From Octopus vulgaris (lineage: Eukaryota), in the NCBI GenBank assembly GCA_951406725.2, contig OX597834.1:31806001-31870000 (forward strand): DNA of 64,000 nt, written 5' to 3'. The notes below the pieces were generated by a model, which was not told the DNA's origin, did no database searches, and saw only the letters and a program-made list of their open reading frames with translations. Below are positions 41,799 to 56,676 of the stretch, piece by piece (positions within the stretch are counted from its first letter, which is position 1; each line of letters starts with the position of its first letter). Both the position numbers and the translations under genes were made by a program.

Positions 41799-43639
41799 GT
41801 GAGTGCCCCTACCCCCACCCATTGCTATTATTATCGTTGTCGTTGTCGTTATTTCATTGCCACATGTTTTAAGTTCAAATCCTGCCTAGGTCGACCCGCT
41901 TGTCATTTCCATTCGGTCCAATTTCGAGTAACTCGACCGAACCGAAGATCTCTGGTCTTCTGCGTATGTTAGAAGTCGTTGTTATTGTATTTAGCTGTTG
42001 TTTAACCACAGGCTGTCTGTGTACCTATGGCCTAGGAGACCTTTGCGTCAAAGACGTTTCAACCGTGGCCACCACCCGCTATTTCTCTCGGACATTGCAT
42101 ATCTCGGACTACATTATAATTTTCCGACGCGTTGCTTTTTCAAGACAAAAAAGGATATAATCTAAGTGTTGTTGTTAACGATAACGACAGTCAAGCCGTG
42201 ACCATCCTGTCTTAAGAGTATATATAGCACTGCATTATCCAGTGTGTCCTTTATTGTTTATGATGGTGAGACTTAAGGGAGCATTGGCTTTTATTTCTAG
42301 CAAGGTGGTCAAGCGGTCGCTTAGAACAGGCTTTTGCAACTTACGAGAAATGGGCCGCATGAGACATGACGCATTATCAAGCGGGCCGCACTACTGAAAA
42401 AAAATTTCAAGGTAATTTTTCGTCGGCGTACTATCAAGAAAGTCCTGCGGGCCGCACTTTACCCATTATTTGGTAGGGGCTCCCCCCACTTCCACCTCTG
42501 CTGGTGTGTAACTGTTACCTCGCTCCATAATAATTAACTCCTTTCATTGCAATAATTAAACCCGGGGTCGTATCAAAATAAATCATTTGTTGGCAACGTT
42601 AGACATAGTTTCGTTCCTTTACGCTCTGAGTTCGAATCCTACCGAAGTCGACTCAGTGACTGTGTGTCTGAGACAAATATGAAAGGAGAGCGTACGAAAG
42701 TCTTGATTATTTAGTTCGGGTGGGTCGGAGATCAAAAGCATTTAATTACGTTTTTTAGTGAGCTGCAATTACGGAGTTTTCGAAGAGACGACGTAATTCA
42801 CCTTTTTGTTTCTACTTTAGTCTCTTTATGTTATGAGGGTAGGTTGTATGGGTGAATGACGTCGTGTACCAATACCGAAGGATTCCCAGAGTATTATTTA
42901 TTTGGGGTAGACTTTGGGGATAGCTACTCGAATTCAAAATCTCATTCTTCATGTGGAAAGGAAACGATCTGCCCGTTACGTTCTGAGTTCGAATTCCGCC
43001 GAGGTCGACTTTGCCTTTCATCCTTTCGGGGTCGATAAATTAAGTACCAGTTACGCACTGGGGTCGATATGATCGACTTAATCCGTTTGTCTGTCCTTGT
43101 TCGTCCTCTCTGTGTTTAGCCCCTTGTGGGTAGTAAAGAAATAGGTATTGAAGGAGGCCGAAATGGTCAATATAAAGATCTTCACTCGTGAACAAAAGAA
43201 TAAATGAACGGTCAAGGAAATGGGACGTGGGGCAACAAACATTTTTAAAATTGAAGAAAAAATACTTTTTTTTTTCAATTTAGAGCCGTCGTTTCCGCTT
43301 TAGAGATTAAATATATATACTAAAACAAAAAGTAAAGAAGGAAACAAAAGAACCCAGACAGGGGCGACCTCCCTCCCGCAACCCCTGTCCCAACAAAAAT
43401 AATTTGTTTTTGTATGTGTGTGTCTGCTTTTCTTGGTAATTTCATTTTCTTTTTACAATACCCATGTGACGAATAACAGGATTATGGTAAATCTAATTGA
43501 TGTGTGGCCTTGTCCATTAAGTTAGATATTGTTGTTGCTGTGGTTATTAATACGTTTGTTTTTTTTGGTTTTTTTTTTCGCTTTTCATGTAAACCCCTCC
43601 TCTCACAATACACACACTGCTTGTTATCTTCCAATATAA

Positions 43640-43873
43640 TTATTTCTTTATTGCCCACAAGGGGCTAAACATAGAGGAGACAAACAAGGACAGACAAACG
43701 GATTAAGTCGATGACATCGACCCCAGTGAGTAACTGGTACTTTATTTAATCGACCCCGAAAGGATGAAAGGCAAAGTCAACCTCGGCGGAATTCGAACTC
43801 AGAATGTAGCGGCAGACGAAATACCGCTAAGCATTTCACCCGAGGCGCTAACGTTTCTGCCAGCTCGCCGCCT
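43640..43873 (-). mobile_element. SINE family 2 full-length copy (others at about 14690, 31788, 42972, 51630, 51892, 57668, 63380)
   Basis: tRNA-like head ggcggcgagctggcagaa...gagttcgaattcc followed by the conserved central domain. Confidence 0.85.
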
Positions 43874-44897
43874 TTATCTTGCAATATAATGTCCCCCCTC
43901 ATCCATCGCTCTTGTAAGGAAGAGAAACATTATTGTTGTTATTATTACTGCTGCTGCTAGTATTACTATTATTACTCTGGCAATTGAATGTTTGAATGCC
44001 TGTAGATGCAGATACCTTGTAGTATTTACATCCGTCCTGCTATGTTCTTGGTTCAAATCGTGTTGTGTTTGATCTTGTGAGTTAATGACAAAGAGATTTG
44101 GTTATTGAGACCCCATTTCATTAAGCTATTTGCGAATGAGGTGTGTGGTAAGAAGCTTGCTTCACAACCACATGGTTCCATGTTCAATCCCACTGCATAG
44201 CATTTTGGACATGTGTCTTCTACTACAGCCTCAGGCTGATCAAAGCCTTGTAATTGAAGTTCACTGATGGAAACTGAAAGAAGCTTGTTCTTCTCTCTTC
44301 TTGTCTTGTAACAGCATCCACCCACATTAAGACTAACTCGTTAATGCTCGTTAACGTACTACAGAACATGTTTATAGATTTGATGGCCAACTTTGATGTA
44401 AACATTGCATCTGTATCTGTGCAAACCTGCTCTTCATATCCATTGTTTTAACATCCCTTTTTCCATCCTTGCCTGGGTCAAGTGGAATTTGTTGAGGCAG
44501 ATTTTCTATGTCCGGATGGCCTTCCTGTCACCAACCCTTGCCTGTTTCCAAGCAAGGTAATATTTCTCCTTGGCCAGACATGTTTTCATAAAAGATGACA
44601 TTCATTTACAGCTGCCATGTGATGTCAAGGCAAAAAGACAGTAACGCATACAGACACACACAGGGGGCTTCTTTCAGTTTCCATCTATCAAATCCACTCA
44701 CAAGGCCTTGGTTGGCTAGCGGGCTACAGTGGAAAGCACTTGCCAAGGTGCAATGCAGTGGGACTAAACCCAAAGGCTTGTGGTTGGAAGCAAACTTCTT
44801 ACCACACAGCCACGTCTGCATAGCTGTATGTATATTTGAAGACTTGTTAGTGTTGTCCTTAGTGGCTGTGGTACCTTCTTCAAGTCGTCCTCTTTAA

Positions 44898-45102
44898 TCC
44901 TTTCGTTACCAGCCTGGCTCTGAGTACAAATGTCTTGTTTTCAAAAGTTCTGAATAGAAATCTTTCACCAAACCTTAGTCATAATCTATGTCCCTAACAC
45001 TAGCTTAATGATAACTAAGTCATTTTTCTAAATTCTTTGTTATATTTAAAAGTATTTGAAAGAAACACATAGCATCCCAAAATAAATACAGTAGCGAAAG
45101 GG
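44898..45102 (-). mobile_element. piggyBac-type MITE, same family, opposite orientation
   Basis: TTAA flanks; reverse complement of 37807-38028. Confidence 0.8.
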
Positions 45103-46161
45103 TTAATATGAAATTTGTTCTGCAAGAGAGAATCACAGATAACTGGAAACTTAGGTGCTTAGTTTAGTGTCTTTTAAAATTAATATCTAATAAACACATC
45201 AGTGACTGCTATCAATTTACTGTCATGACTTCTAGATGATTCTGGGTTAATTGGTCGCAGTCGTATTTTTAGTCATCGTCGTTACACCTTAATTTTCCAC
45301 AGTTTTCCTTAAAAGCACATCAAATGTTAAGAGTACCTTGTCTGAATTACCTGTTTGCTCTATTTTGCAATTTCTTTCTCTCTGGATATAATTCAGATAT
45401 TTTTAAAACTGCAGCATTTTTTTTGTTCATATTACATGTACAGGTATGATTGTGGTTAAAATGTTCATTTGCCAACCATGTCCTTTTTTTTGAGTTCAGT
45501 TCCTCTATGTGACACCTTGGGCAAAGTGCCTTCTAATTTAGCCCTGGGCCAACCAAAGCCTTTTAGGTGGATTTAGGAGATGGAAATTAAAACAAAGCTG
45601 TCGTGTGTGAGAGAGAGAGAGAGCATATATGAGGGGGCGCTGAAAAATTTCTGATTTTAAGGATATGGCAAAGGACCTGGTTGGAGGCCCAGCCTTCTCA
45701 GTTCTTTTATGGCCAAGAAAAACTTCTTACATGGCACTGACACCATCAGTATCATAATTAAAGAAATGACAAGGGGAAGAAATTACATAGTCAACTTCAT
45801 TAGCTTACAGCTGTTTCTGCTACAAGCTGCAGTGCGCTCAGAGCAGAGTATTTGTGCATCATCCTATAGCTTTCTGTTTGTGTGTGTGTGTCTCCATGTC
45901 ATTTCCCCTCTTGACAACAATGATAGTTTGTTTCTGTCACCTTGACTTAGTAATTTGGCAAAAGACAGCAATGAAGTAAGTACTGGCGGTGTATGTGTAT
46001 GGGGGTCAATTTGATCAACTAAATCCTCCATAGCAGTGCTCCAGCATGGTTCTAGTCCAATAACAAACAAGTAAAGGTTTACACTCCATGCTGTTGTCGT
46101 GCAGCTGTCTGGTTACCATGTAAGTCAGCTTATTCAACAACTTTCAGCTTGTAAAACTAAT

Positions 46162-46211
<50 letters not shown>

Positions 46212-46804
46212 TATCTTCTCTCTTTTCTACTTAGTTGCCATCTGTGAGGTCGCACAGGGTCAGCTGAATAATTCAGCTAAGGGGTAACAGATGGCGGCTA
46301 TTTCTCAGATCGTGTCAATGGTGACTGTAACTTAAGCAGGCCGCTGCCAGCAAAAGGCTACCAAATAAAAACAAGAAACCGTTACCTACTGCTGTTTGCT
46401 TATAAACCTTTGTAAACAGGGTCTTACCTGCCGTCCACTACATCACAAAACAAATTTTTTCATCCTCTGTCTTTTACTGTGGCCATGCTGGGGCACTGCC
46501 CTGAAGAGGTTTAGTTGAACAAATCGATTCCACCACTTTTTTTCTTTTTTTTTTTTGCGTTTTAGTCTGGTTACATATGCTATTGGTCTCTTTTGCCAAA
46601 CTGCTAAGTTATGGGGAATGTAATCACACTAATACCAGTTGTTAAGTGGTGGGTGATAAACAAAGACAGGTAAATGAATGTATATATCATCATCATTATC
46701 ATTTAACGTCCACCTTCCATATTGGCACGGGTTGGACGGTTTGACAGGAGTCAGCCAGGTAGACTACCCTGAGCCACTCTGTGTTTGTGTGTGTGTGTGT
46801 GAGA

Positions 46805-46836
<32 letters not shown>

Positions 46837-49800
46837 ATACTTTTTACTCTTTTACTTGTTTCAGTCATTTGACTGCAGCCATGCTGGAGCACCACCTTTA
46901 GTCGAGCAAATCGATCCCAGGACTTATTCTGTGTAAGCCTAGTACTTAATCTATCGGTCTCGTTTGCCGAACCGCTAAGCTATGAGGATGTAAACACACC
47001 AGCATCGGTTGTTAAGTGATGTTGGTGGGACAAACACAGAGACACAAATATATACACATACACACACACATATATACAACGGGCTTCTTTCAGTTTCTGT
47101 CTACCAAATCCACTGACAAGGCTTTGGTCAGCCTGGGACTATAGTAGATGTCTAAGATGCCATGCAGAAGGACTGAACCTGAGACCCATGTAGTTGCAAA
47201 CCACACAGCCATACCATATGGTTATCATAAGACTGGGGCAGATTTATCTCTTATGAATAGCAACTGTGTTCCAGGATTCCAGAGACTGACTGAACCCATC
47301 TGTCAGACTCCATGTTTTAGGGCCTGCCATTTCACTGATAAGCTAGCTTGGTGGTTTTTCTCTTGTGGTTTGTGGGTGTGCTTGTGTGCACACATGGATA
47401 TGTATGTTTGTGTGTATATGTGTGTGAGTATACGTGCTTGTGTTTTTAAATATATGCCGATGTTTGTGTGTAATGCCCTGTGAGTAAGTTTTGTAGACCA
47501 AGACTGTTGAGGCTTGTCTTGTATGTATATGTGTGTAGTGTCTGTGTGTGTAATTGTATTTGCCCTCCCACCATTGAAAAACCTGGTTTTGGTTTCTCTA
47601 TGCCTTCATCCATGACTTAGCAGTTCTGCAAAGAGACTGTTACAATGAATATCAAACTTAACAAAATATGTACTGGGCTTGATTTATGTGACTAAACTCA
47701 CCAAGGCAGTGCCTCAGCATGGCTGCCATCCAGTGACTGAAACAAATAAAACGGTTGTGTGTCTGTGACTATAAAGAATGTCATTCATTCCGTTTTTTAT
47801 CATTTATATAAACTCTACAGATTCTATATAATCCATCATCATCATCATCATCATCATTTAACTTCCACTTTCCATGCTAGCATGGGTTGGACGATTTGAC
47901 TGAGGACTGGCGAACCAGATGGCTGCACCAGGCTCCAATCTGATCTGGCAGGGTTTCTACAGCTTGATGCCCTTCCTAACGCCAACCACTCTGAGAATGT
48001 AGTGGGTGCTTTTACGTGCCACCAGCACAAGGGCCAGTCAGGCAGTACTGGCAACAGCCACTCTCAAATGGTGTTTTTTTTTTTTATGGGCCACCTGCAC
48101 AGGAGCCAGTCCAGCGGCACTAGCAACGACATTGCTCGAATGTTTTTTCATGTGCCAGTAAGGCGACGCAGGTCTGATGTATATATCCAGGAGCAGGAGC
48201 ATTTCCACGGTATGATAACATCAGGTAGCCAATAACTGGAGACAAGCTTTGCATAGCATTCTGCAAAGTTTTGTAGAATCTTATTTAACTAATATGTATA
48301 TATATATGCATGCAAACTAACACACATAGAGATAATGTGTCTGCTACTGGCAAATGAAGGCTACAGACAAAAAAAAACCCCAAATTATTCCTTCTCAGAG
48401 ATCCCCAGAAATTCAAAATTCCACCAACTACTCCAGACATGTCTCTGCAACCCTTTCCTCTGGTGGTCTTGTATATTTTTGCCCTGTGAGATAGGCATGG
48501 CTATCATTACTGTTTTCTGTCACTTCTTTAATCCTTTCCCCCACGAGTTGTGGTGCACCTGAACGTTGCATACAATAAGCTTATTAATATTATAATTATT
48601 ATTATCAGTTATTATTATTATTTAGTGTGTGTGTGTGTGTGCTTTTCACCTCTTTGTTCATTACAGCTATTTATACTTTTTGCAAAACAACTGAACTGGT
48701 CTCCACGCATTCCACCCACACACAACCACATACCACACAGTTGTGATGTCATTAGTTCTCTATTATGTGTAGATATATTTCCATTAATCTCTCTCCCTCT
48801 CTTTCTCATCTTTTTTTTCCTTCTATTCTTTCTCTTCCTTTCTAGTCTCTTTGTCTCTCATTCACTCACTCTCTCCCCTCTCCTTTTCTTCCTTCTATCC
48901 TCTGTCTCTCTCTCTCTCCCTCCCTTTCTTTTCCTCCCTCATCCTGTTTGTGTGGAATAGACTGAAAGCCAGACATACCTGAACAAGTCTTAGTGCAGGC
49001 ACACAGGTAGGCACAACACACACACAACTCCAATGTTGGAAACAGAACAATTTTGGCTTAGGAGACCTGGGCTACTTGTGTGGTTGCTGAACTTGCTAGA
49101 AATAGCAACCAGATAAACCCTCTGAGCTTAAAAAATAGAAAGCTTAGTATATCCTTAGTTATCCTATCAACATTAATCTCTTGGTCTCTCTCTGGCCATC
49201 GACCACCTCTCTCCCCTACTCTGAACTCTGGACTTAGGTTTTATTGGTTTTGGGCTGTCACAGGTGCTTCTCAAACTTTTTTCTCTAGTCGGGGCTATTG
49301 GCCCTACTCAAACCCATTCTCTACTTTTGCAAAGCAGTGGTCCCTATTAATCTGGCCACTGTCCTTTGACTCGTCCAGCATGGAAGGCTCTACTGGGTTC
49401 AAATGTAATTAAATTTTACACACACACACACACACCCATATTGAGGTGTACAGTATTATATGTCCATTGCAGCCAGTCTTACTGGTCAGTTTCACATAGG
49501 GATTCAACAGGGATTGGCCATAATGAGTGTATAATACGTTACATTTCGATTAATATACCCACTCCATGGGCAAATAGATATAAGTGCATTTTCTTCTAAT
49601 TTATGGATGCTTAGAATCTCTGTGTGTGTGTAGAAATAGCACCACTAAACAGTGTTGTAGAACAAACAAACTTTAGGTTGGTCAGAATTTATAATGTCTA
49701 AAGGTAAATTCACTGCTGTTACCATGGGGAAGAAATTCTTGCTTCTTGCAAGTGTTATTCGCTTGTTACATCCTTACACCCCTGCGAAAATATTGTCGCA

Positions 49801-51845
49801 GCCCATCTGTGGCGGGTATTGTTGCTTCTACCTTTAGAATCATTAATATTAAGACTACACCTTAATTCAAAAACAAGAACCTCTTTGAAAGCTCTTCAAG
49901 TCAAGGTCTTGAACAGTCTTCAACAGATCTGTGATCCTGCTGGTTATTTATTTATTTGTTAGGTACAATCTATCTAGGACTACATTGTCTAGTGTCTGTG
50001 CTTTAACCTGCCCAAGACTGCCCCTAATTCCTGTTTGTGATCAAAATTCACATTTCCCATTGAAATTTCATATTTCATTTCCAAACATCTGTTTAATGAG
50101 GTCAAAGCTATTTTTACTACAGTCTTCATTATTTTCCAACTTAATTGACATCAAGAGAATATATTTCAACAAGAATATGCTTACGAAAGGGTTAACGAAG
50201 AAAAGAGAGAAAGCAAAGACTGTCTGTGTAATTTTAGGAAGATTTAACTTCTATTTCTAGCAGTTTGAATGATTGCAAAGTGGTTTCCTCGGTGCCCCTG
50301 GGCTTTCCAGAACGTCATGTTTTGGGTGGTGGTAGTGTGAGAGATAATAAATGTATCAATGAGTGAAGGGGAGGAGGAGGGGCGGTGAAAGATCATGTGA
50401 CAGGAAGGGGAGACAGTAAAAGAGGAAGTTGGTACGAAACTGTGGTATGGGGGAGGGTGGTGGTAGTGTGGCCGTTCTGTGACCCTTTTCTTGCTTGCTT
50501 TTCTCTGCATCACCGCCACTGCTGCCTTCCCCCTCTTCTGACCCAATAGTGGATGACAGCCTAGAGTGGGACTATATAGATGTGTGTGTGTGGTGGTGGT
50601 TTGGGTAGTGTTTTCCCTAAATCACAGTTGAAGATGGGGAGGTGTGTGTTGGTTTCTATCCCCTACTTCCTACCATCACTCAGTGGAGCTAGGTCCCAAG
50701 CATTACTGCAACTGGCTTTATACATTGAATAAAAATATATAAACTTGCAATGAGAGAGAGAAAGAGAGAAAATATTTGTAAAGAATAAAAAATGAAAGGA
50801 AAAGATAGACATTGGTGATTATATGTAAATTGAAACATTTCTCATGGCACCAGCAGACAAAATGGGAAAGGCATTGCCTGGAGGGGCTGGGGGATAACAA
50901 GGGAGATGTTCCACAGGGTTCACATTTGAGGACAGCAATCTCTGTCCGAATAGGGTTGGGCAGGGATGTAATCAGGGAAGAGAGGTGTAGCAAGACTACC
51001 AGAGATATCAACTGTCCTCAAAATGTCTTTAGCCCTGAAGACCACACAAAGAGATAATTATTATTATTATTATTATTATTTTCTTCTCAGAACTCTTGGT
51101 CTTGCTTGCTCTGGTTAATTCTGTTGGAGCAGACAACAACCTGTTGTCAGAAGTCTCTCAGGGTCTCTTTCTGCCAGCTATAAGACTTCGTACTTGAATA
51201 TTAATTATCATGGAAGATGCTCAACACCCAAGCACCAACTTCAAAATCCTAGCTGTCCCCATCATCATCATCATCATCATTTAGCGTCCGTTTTCCATGC
51301 TAGCATGGGTTGGACGGTTCAACTGGTGTCTGTGAAGCCAGAAGGCTGCATCAGGCCCAGTCTGATCTGGTAGTGTTTCTACGGCTGGATGCCCTTCCTA
51401 ACGCCAACCACTCCACAAGTGTAGTGGGTGCTTTTTACGTGCCACCCGCACAGGTGCCAGACGGAGCTGGCAAACGGCCACGAACGGATGGTGCTTTTAC
51501 ATGCCACCAGCATGGAGGCCAGTAGAACAATTTTGGGGACCTGCTCTGCCCTCATATCAATTTCAGGCCTTGTGTCTATAGCAGGAAGGATTAACTATTA
51601 TTGTTATTATTATTATTATAGTTATTATTAAGGCAGCAAGCTGGCGGAATTGTTAGCACGCTGAACAAAATGCTTAGCAGCGTTTTGTCTGTCTTTCTGA
51701 GTTCAAATTCCACTGAGGTCACCTTTGCGTTTCATCCTTTTGGGGGGTTGATAGATTAAGTACCAGTTACACACTGGAGTCAATGTAATCAACTGGTCCC
51801 TACCCCTCAAATTTCAGGCCTTGCATCTATAGCAGGAAGGATTAC

Positions 51846-51882
<37 letters not shown>

Positions 51883-54800
51883 GTTATTATTAAGGCAGCA
51901 AGCTGGCGGAATTGTTAGCACACTGGACAAAATGCTTCGTGGTATTTCCTCTGTTGTTACGTTCTGAGTTCAAATTCCCCTGGGGTTGATTTTACCTTTC
52001 ATCCTTTCAGGGTCAATAAATTAAGTACCAGTCAAGTGCTGGGGCTCGATGTAATCGACTATCCCCCCTTCCACAGGTTTCAGGCCTTGTACCTTTAGTA
52101 GAAAGGATTATCATTATTATTATTATGTTCTCCAGTTCTTGAAAATTGGCTTATAAACACCCTCACCTTCCATGCTGTAATTGTTTTTGTTTCAGCACAT
52201 GATCTCAGATCAGGTCACTTGCTATGCAAGTACATCTCTGTGAAAATAATAAAAATGTTGAACTGTTTTGGCCATGCTGGGGCACTAGTCAAATATTTCG
52301 CTAAATCTCTTTGTAGCTTAGTCTCCCTCTGGTTCCTTGCTCATAATGGTGTGTGTTTCTAGGCTCTGGCACTTCACTTCTAAGACAAAAAAAGGAGTCT
52401 GTTTTGCTCCACCAAATTTAATGCTGTCCACAGAATACTTCAGCAGGGTGTGGTGTACATGTGTGAGCTTTAATTTCTTTATGTTTCCTTTAAAAGTACA
52501 CATGTTTGTGTAAGTGAAACACACAAACATAAAATGTACACATGTGTGTATGCGTGTGTGCATAGGTATTTCTGTGTATGTTTGTGTATATATATGTACG
52601 AATGTGTTTGTGTGTGTGTGTGTGTGTGAGAGCACAGTTATCTTAATCATGTGAGGGGGAAACTTCACTTGTGTTGAAGGGTTGAGCAAGTGGTGGGGTA
52701 TATCTGCTGCCCTTCAGCTAATTTTCTTCTTGTCTCTAGCCAGCTCCCCCTTTCTCTCCCTCCCCCCCTCTCTCTCTCTCTTCCTTTCCTCTATGTATCA
52801 GCTTCCACAGATTACAAAGCTGATGGTGGTGGTGGTGGTGGTGGTGGTAGCAGTGATGGATTTAGTGTGAGAAATACAAAAAAATTCCCTTTCTTTTAGT
52901 AGGGAATTTTGGGTGCTGGCATATTTCAACTGTGAAACTATTATATATTATTTTTATTATTATTATCATTAGTAGTAGTAGTAACATGAAATGTAGTAAA
53001 AATACCTTAGGATGATGTAAGAAATTATTATTATTATTGGTGGTGGTGGTGGTGGTGGTAACTAGGGCAAAATAGGGACCTGTAATGTATGTGACCCATT
53101 TAGGGAGAGAAAGAAAGAGCTGTTTATCACTGTCCCCTCCCCCACATCTACCAACTGTCCTCCTTAATTTAGGGCCCTAGCTGGGGTAGGTTTTGGGTGT
53201 TTGGTGGTAGTGGTGGTGGTGGTGGTGGTAGGGTGTGGTTCTTGAAGTCATCCTACATCATTGGCTCTTCTTATCTATCATCTGACTTTGTTTGTTGGTT
53301 TGTTGTTATATAAAATATCTCTTGTAAACATAATCATCATCATCATAACAACAACTATCATCACCATCCCCACCATCGGCAACATCATCATTATCATTAT
53401 CATGTTACGCCTATTGTTAAGATTCTCATTCAAAGATGCAGAGCTCTGTGTCCGTTAATAATACATAGACACACACATATATGTGTGCATATGCACATAC
53501 ACTTGTGTGTGTGTGTGAGTACTTTGTTTTGGGGTCTGGTTTGCAAGATTCTTTATGTGAATTTGTGTGTTGAAACAAATTTTATTGTGTCTAAGGAGAG
53601 TCATCATGTTAATATAATTAACACACACTCGTTTAATTCCACTCGTTTATTAAATATCTGATTGTTCTATTACATATTTAAAGAAAGAATTTTTTTTTAA
53701 ATGTTATTAACTATTTTTAAAATATTTAGAGAACAGAATGTCACAAACATTTGTGGAAGAAATTGTCTTAAAATACTCCTCAACATGAAAACATCTTCCC
53801 CAATGGATGGTTACAATTTGTTGTCTCAATAATTTTGTTGAGTTAATAACCTTTTAAAAGACAATATTTTTTTAACTGTCATCTAACAAAACCCTTTGAA
53901 ATATACATGGTGACTGAAACCTGGTGCATCTCTCTGGTTTGCCAACCCCCGTCAAACTGTGCTTTCCCGTACTCTGAGTTGCTCAATCCCGATGATTGAT
54001 GATCAGAACTGAGTGAATCTAAGCCTGGGAAATCAGAGCCTTTCAGTTACAGTGTATTAAAGAATACACTTGTAATCATTTCTGGTGACTCAGCAGATAT
54101 GTGTGTTTCAACTGATTTCCCTATGAAGGGATCATCATCGTTTAATGGTTGCACCAGGCTCCAATCTGATCTGGCAGAGTTTCTACAGCTGGATGCCCTT
54201 CCTAATGCCAACCACTCCAAGAGTGTAGTTGGTGCTTTTACATGCCACCGGCATGAGGGCCAGTCAGGTAGTACTGGCAACGTCCACGCTCAAATGGTGT
54301 TTTTTATGTGCCACTTGCACAGGAGTCAGTCCAGCGAAAAAAGCTTGCAGTTTAATGTGATGGAATCTTTATTATTCTTTATTAATTTTGTGAAATGTTT
54401 TCATGAAATTTCTCCAAATATTTCTAAACAAAAGCAGTAATGACACAAGGAAATTTTAGAAATTCATTTGATCAGAGTTAATAAGTTATCAATGATTCCA
54501 TGAAGGAGGTCAGTGATATTATAAGAAACTTGCTAATTCTTGGGGTTTTTTTCATTGTAAGAGCATAAATCCTTCCAGTTGAGGTGTGATGGTCATAAAG
54601 TAAGCAGTAGATTTTCCTGTCATAAACCCCATAGATTGAATTTTGCCACAGTTTCTTGCTGAGCAACATGCACAGACGAATTGTTTATAGTGATGAAATG
54701 CTTGTACATTAGCTCACTCTTAGCTGAAGAGGTTCACATTGTGCCACTTGTCAGAGGTTGAACTGATTGCAGAGCCAAGTGAGACAAAGTGATTTCTTCA

Positions 54801-55010
54801 AGAATGCAATGCATTGCTTAGTACAGGAATTGAAAGCACAACCTTGCAATCGCAAGTGCAACACCCTAAGCACAAGGCCATGTGCCTTCACTATATAATT
54901 AGAACAAGTTATATAACCAGCTCTTTTAAGAGTCTGCACCCATCCTTCCTTCTTCAAAATATGTGACTTTATTATTTTTTTTTTTTACACCTGTTCTGTT
55001 TCATTTACAG

Positions 55011-55154
55011 GTTGAAGTTCGTGTTGATGGCGTTCATCTGTTCATGGTTCGAGCATTTGGTATAATGCTGCTTGGTTCAGCCTATCTTTGGTGGAACGTA
55101 CGCAATTCCAAAGACATCACCGTACACACGACCCTGATGTGGGCCAGGGTGATG
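55011..55154 (+). CDS. Internal coding exon C (shared), transmembrane segment
   Basis: Long pyrimidine tract ending tttacag|; 144 nt, VEVRVDGVHLFMVRAFGIMLLGSAYLWWNVRNSKDITVHTTLMWARVM; donor ATG|GTAAGT; phase 0-0, in frame with exons A and B. Confidence 0.9.
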
Positions 55155-56164
55155 GTAAGTTACTCTATTTTATTTACTATTTATTTTTTCTTATCTATGT
55201 AGGTATCAAGAAATGTTTCAGAAGTTCGCTTCACAACCAAATGGTTTCCAGTTCAGTCCTACTGTGCAGCACTGTACACTCTTGTAACATTACCCCAGGC
55301 TGTCCATTGCCTTGTGAGTGAATTTGGTGGATGGAAACTGTACTGAGGCCCTTCAGCATTGCTTAACATCCGCCTTCTATTCTTAACCACACACTGCCAC
55401 GCCTGTGGTTAGAAGTATGTACAGTGTAATATGATCCGTGTGAGATTGAATGAATGTCTTCTGTTTCATGTGTTGTATAATAAATGTTTGGATTTATTGG
55501 AGAGGAGGCTGAGCTGAATTGGATTGGAAGCAAGGGGGGGCAGCTGTGTTGTTTAACTCTTTTGAAATCACCAACCTACTTGAGAACAGATGCAGGGTGC
55601 ATAAACAGAAAAATGATAACAAACGGTTAATAGGGAGTAAATGAAGTTTATTTATTCTTTTTTTTTTTCCAACAGTCAAACAAGGGTGAATACCCATGAA
55701 TTTTGGCTTACAGGCCACACCCAAGACTGGTAAAATTATCTGCAGATAACAAAATGTAAGAACCAATTCGGTTACGATGACAAGGGTTCCAGCTGATTCA
55801 GATAATGGAACAGCTTGCTTGTGAAATTAACATGCAAGTGGTTGAGTATTCCACAGACACACATACCCTTAACGTTGTTCTCAGGGAGATTCATTGTGAC
55901 ACAGAATGTGACAAACCTGGCCCATTGGCAATACAGGTACACCTCATTTTTGCCAGGTGAGTGGACTGGAGCAAATGAGAAATAAGGTGTCTTGCTCAAG
56001 GACGTACTGTGCCACCAGGAATCGAACTTATGACCTTACAAGTGTAAGCTGAATACCTTAACCACTGTACTAAGTACTTTCACCGAGGGTGTCCATACAC
56101 AAACACACACTCACATGTGTATATCACAGACTCACATGTGTATATACTACTACTACTAATAATA

Positions 56165-56383
56165 ATAATAATAATAAAATATAATAGTTTTACAGTTGAA
56201 ATATGCCAGCACCCAAAATTCCCTACCAAAAGAAAGGGAATTTTTTTGTATTTCTCACACTAAATCCATCACTGCTACCACCACCACCACCATCAGCTTT
56301 GTAATCTGTGGAAGCTGATACATAGAGGAAAGGAAGAGAGGGAAAGAAAGGGGGGAGCTGGCTAGAGACAAGAAGAAAATTAG
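56165..56383 (-). repeat. Inverted local duplicate of about 52719-52960
   Basis: cagttgaaatatgccagcacccaaaattccc...gagacaagaagaaaattag is the reverse complement of 52719-52935. Confidence 0.9.
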
Positions 56384-56614
56384 TAGTGTTTATGATTGTT
56401 ATAAACTGGAAGCATTGATGTAGTTGTTGTCTACTTTATCATCATCATCATCGTTTTAATGTCCATTTTCCCATGCTTGCATGGGTGAAATGGAATTTGT
56501 TGAGGCAGATTTTTTTATGGCCAGATGACCTCATTGTCACCAACCCATACCAGTTTCCGAGCAAGGTAAATGTTTCCCCATGACATCAATTTGCAGCGTC
56601 CCTCCACCTAGTGT

Positions 56615-56662
56615 CTGTGACTGAAGAGGAAGTAATCACTCTGAAATGCTTGTATCTCACAG
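56615..56662 (+). ncRNA. Type-I hammerhead ribozyme motif, first copy in a tandem retrozyme-like repeat
   Basis: ctgtga-CTGAAGA-ggaagt(aatc)actct-GAAA-tgcttgta-TC-tcacag: perfect 6-bp stem I, stem II with one bulge, short stem III, AUC triplet. Confidence 0.7.
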
Positions 56663-56676
56663 TCTGGATAGGTGGT

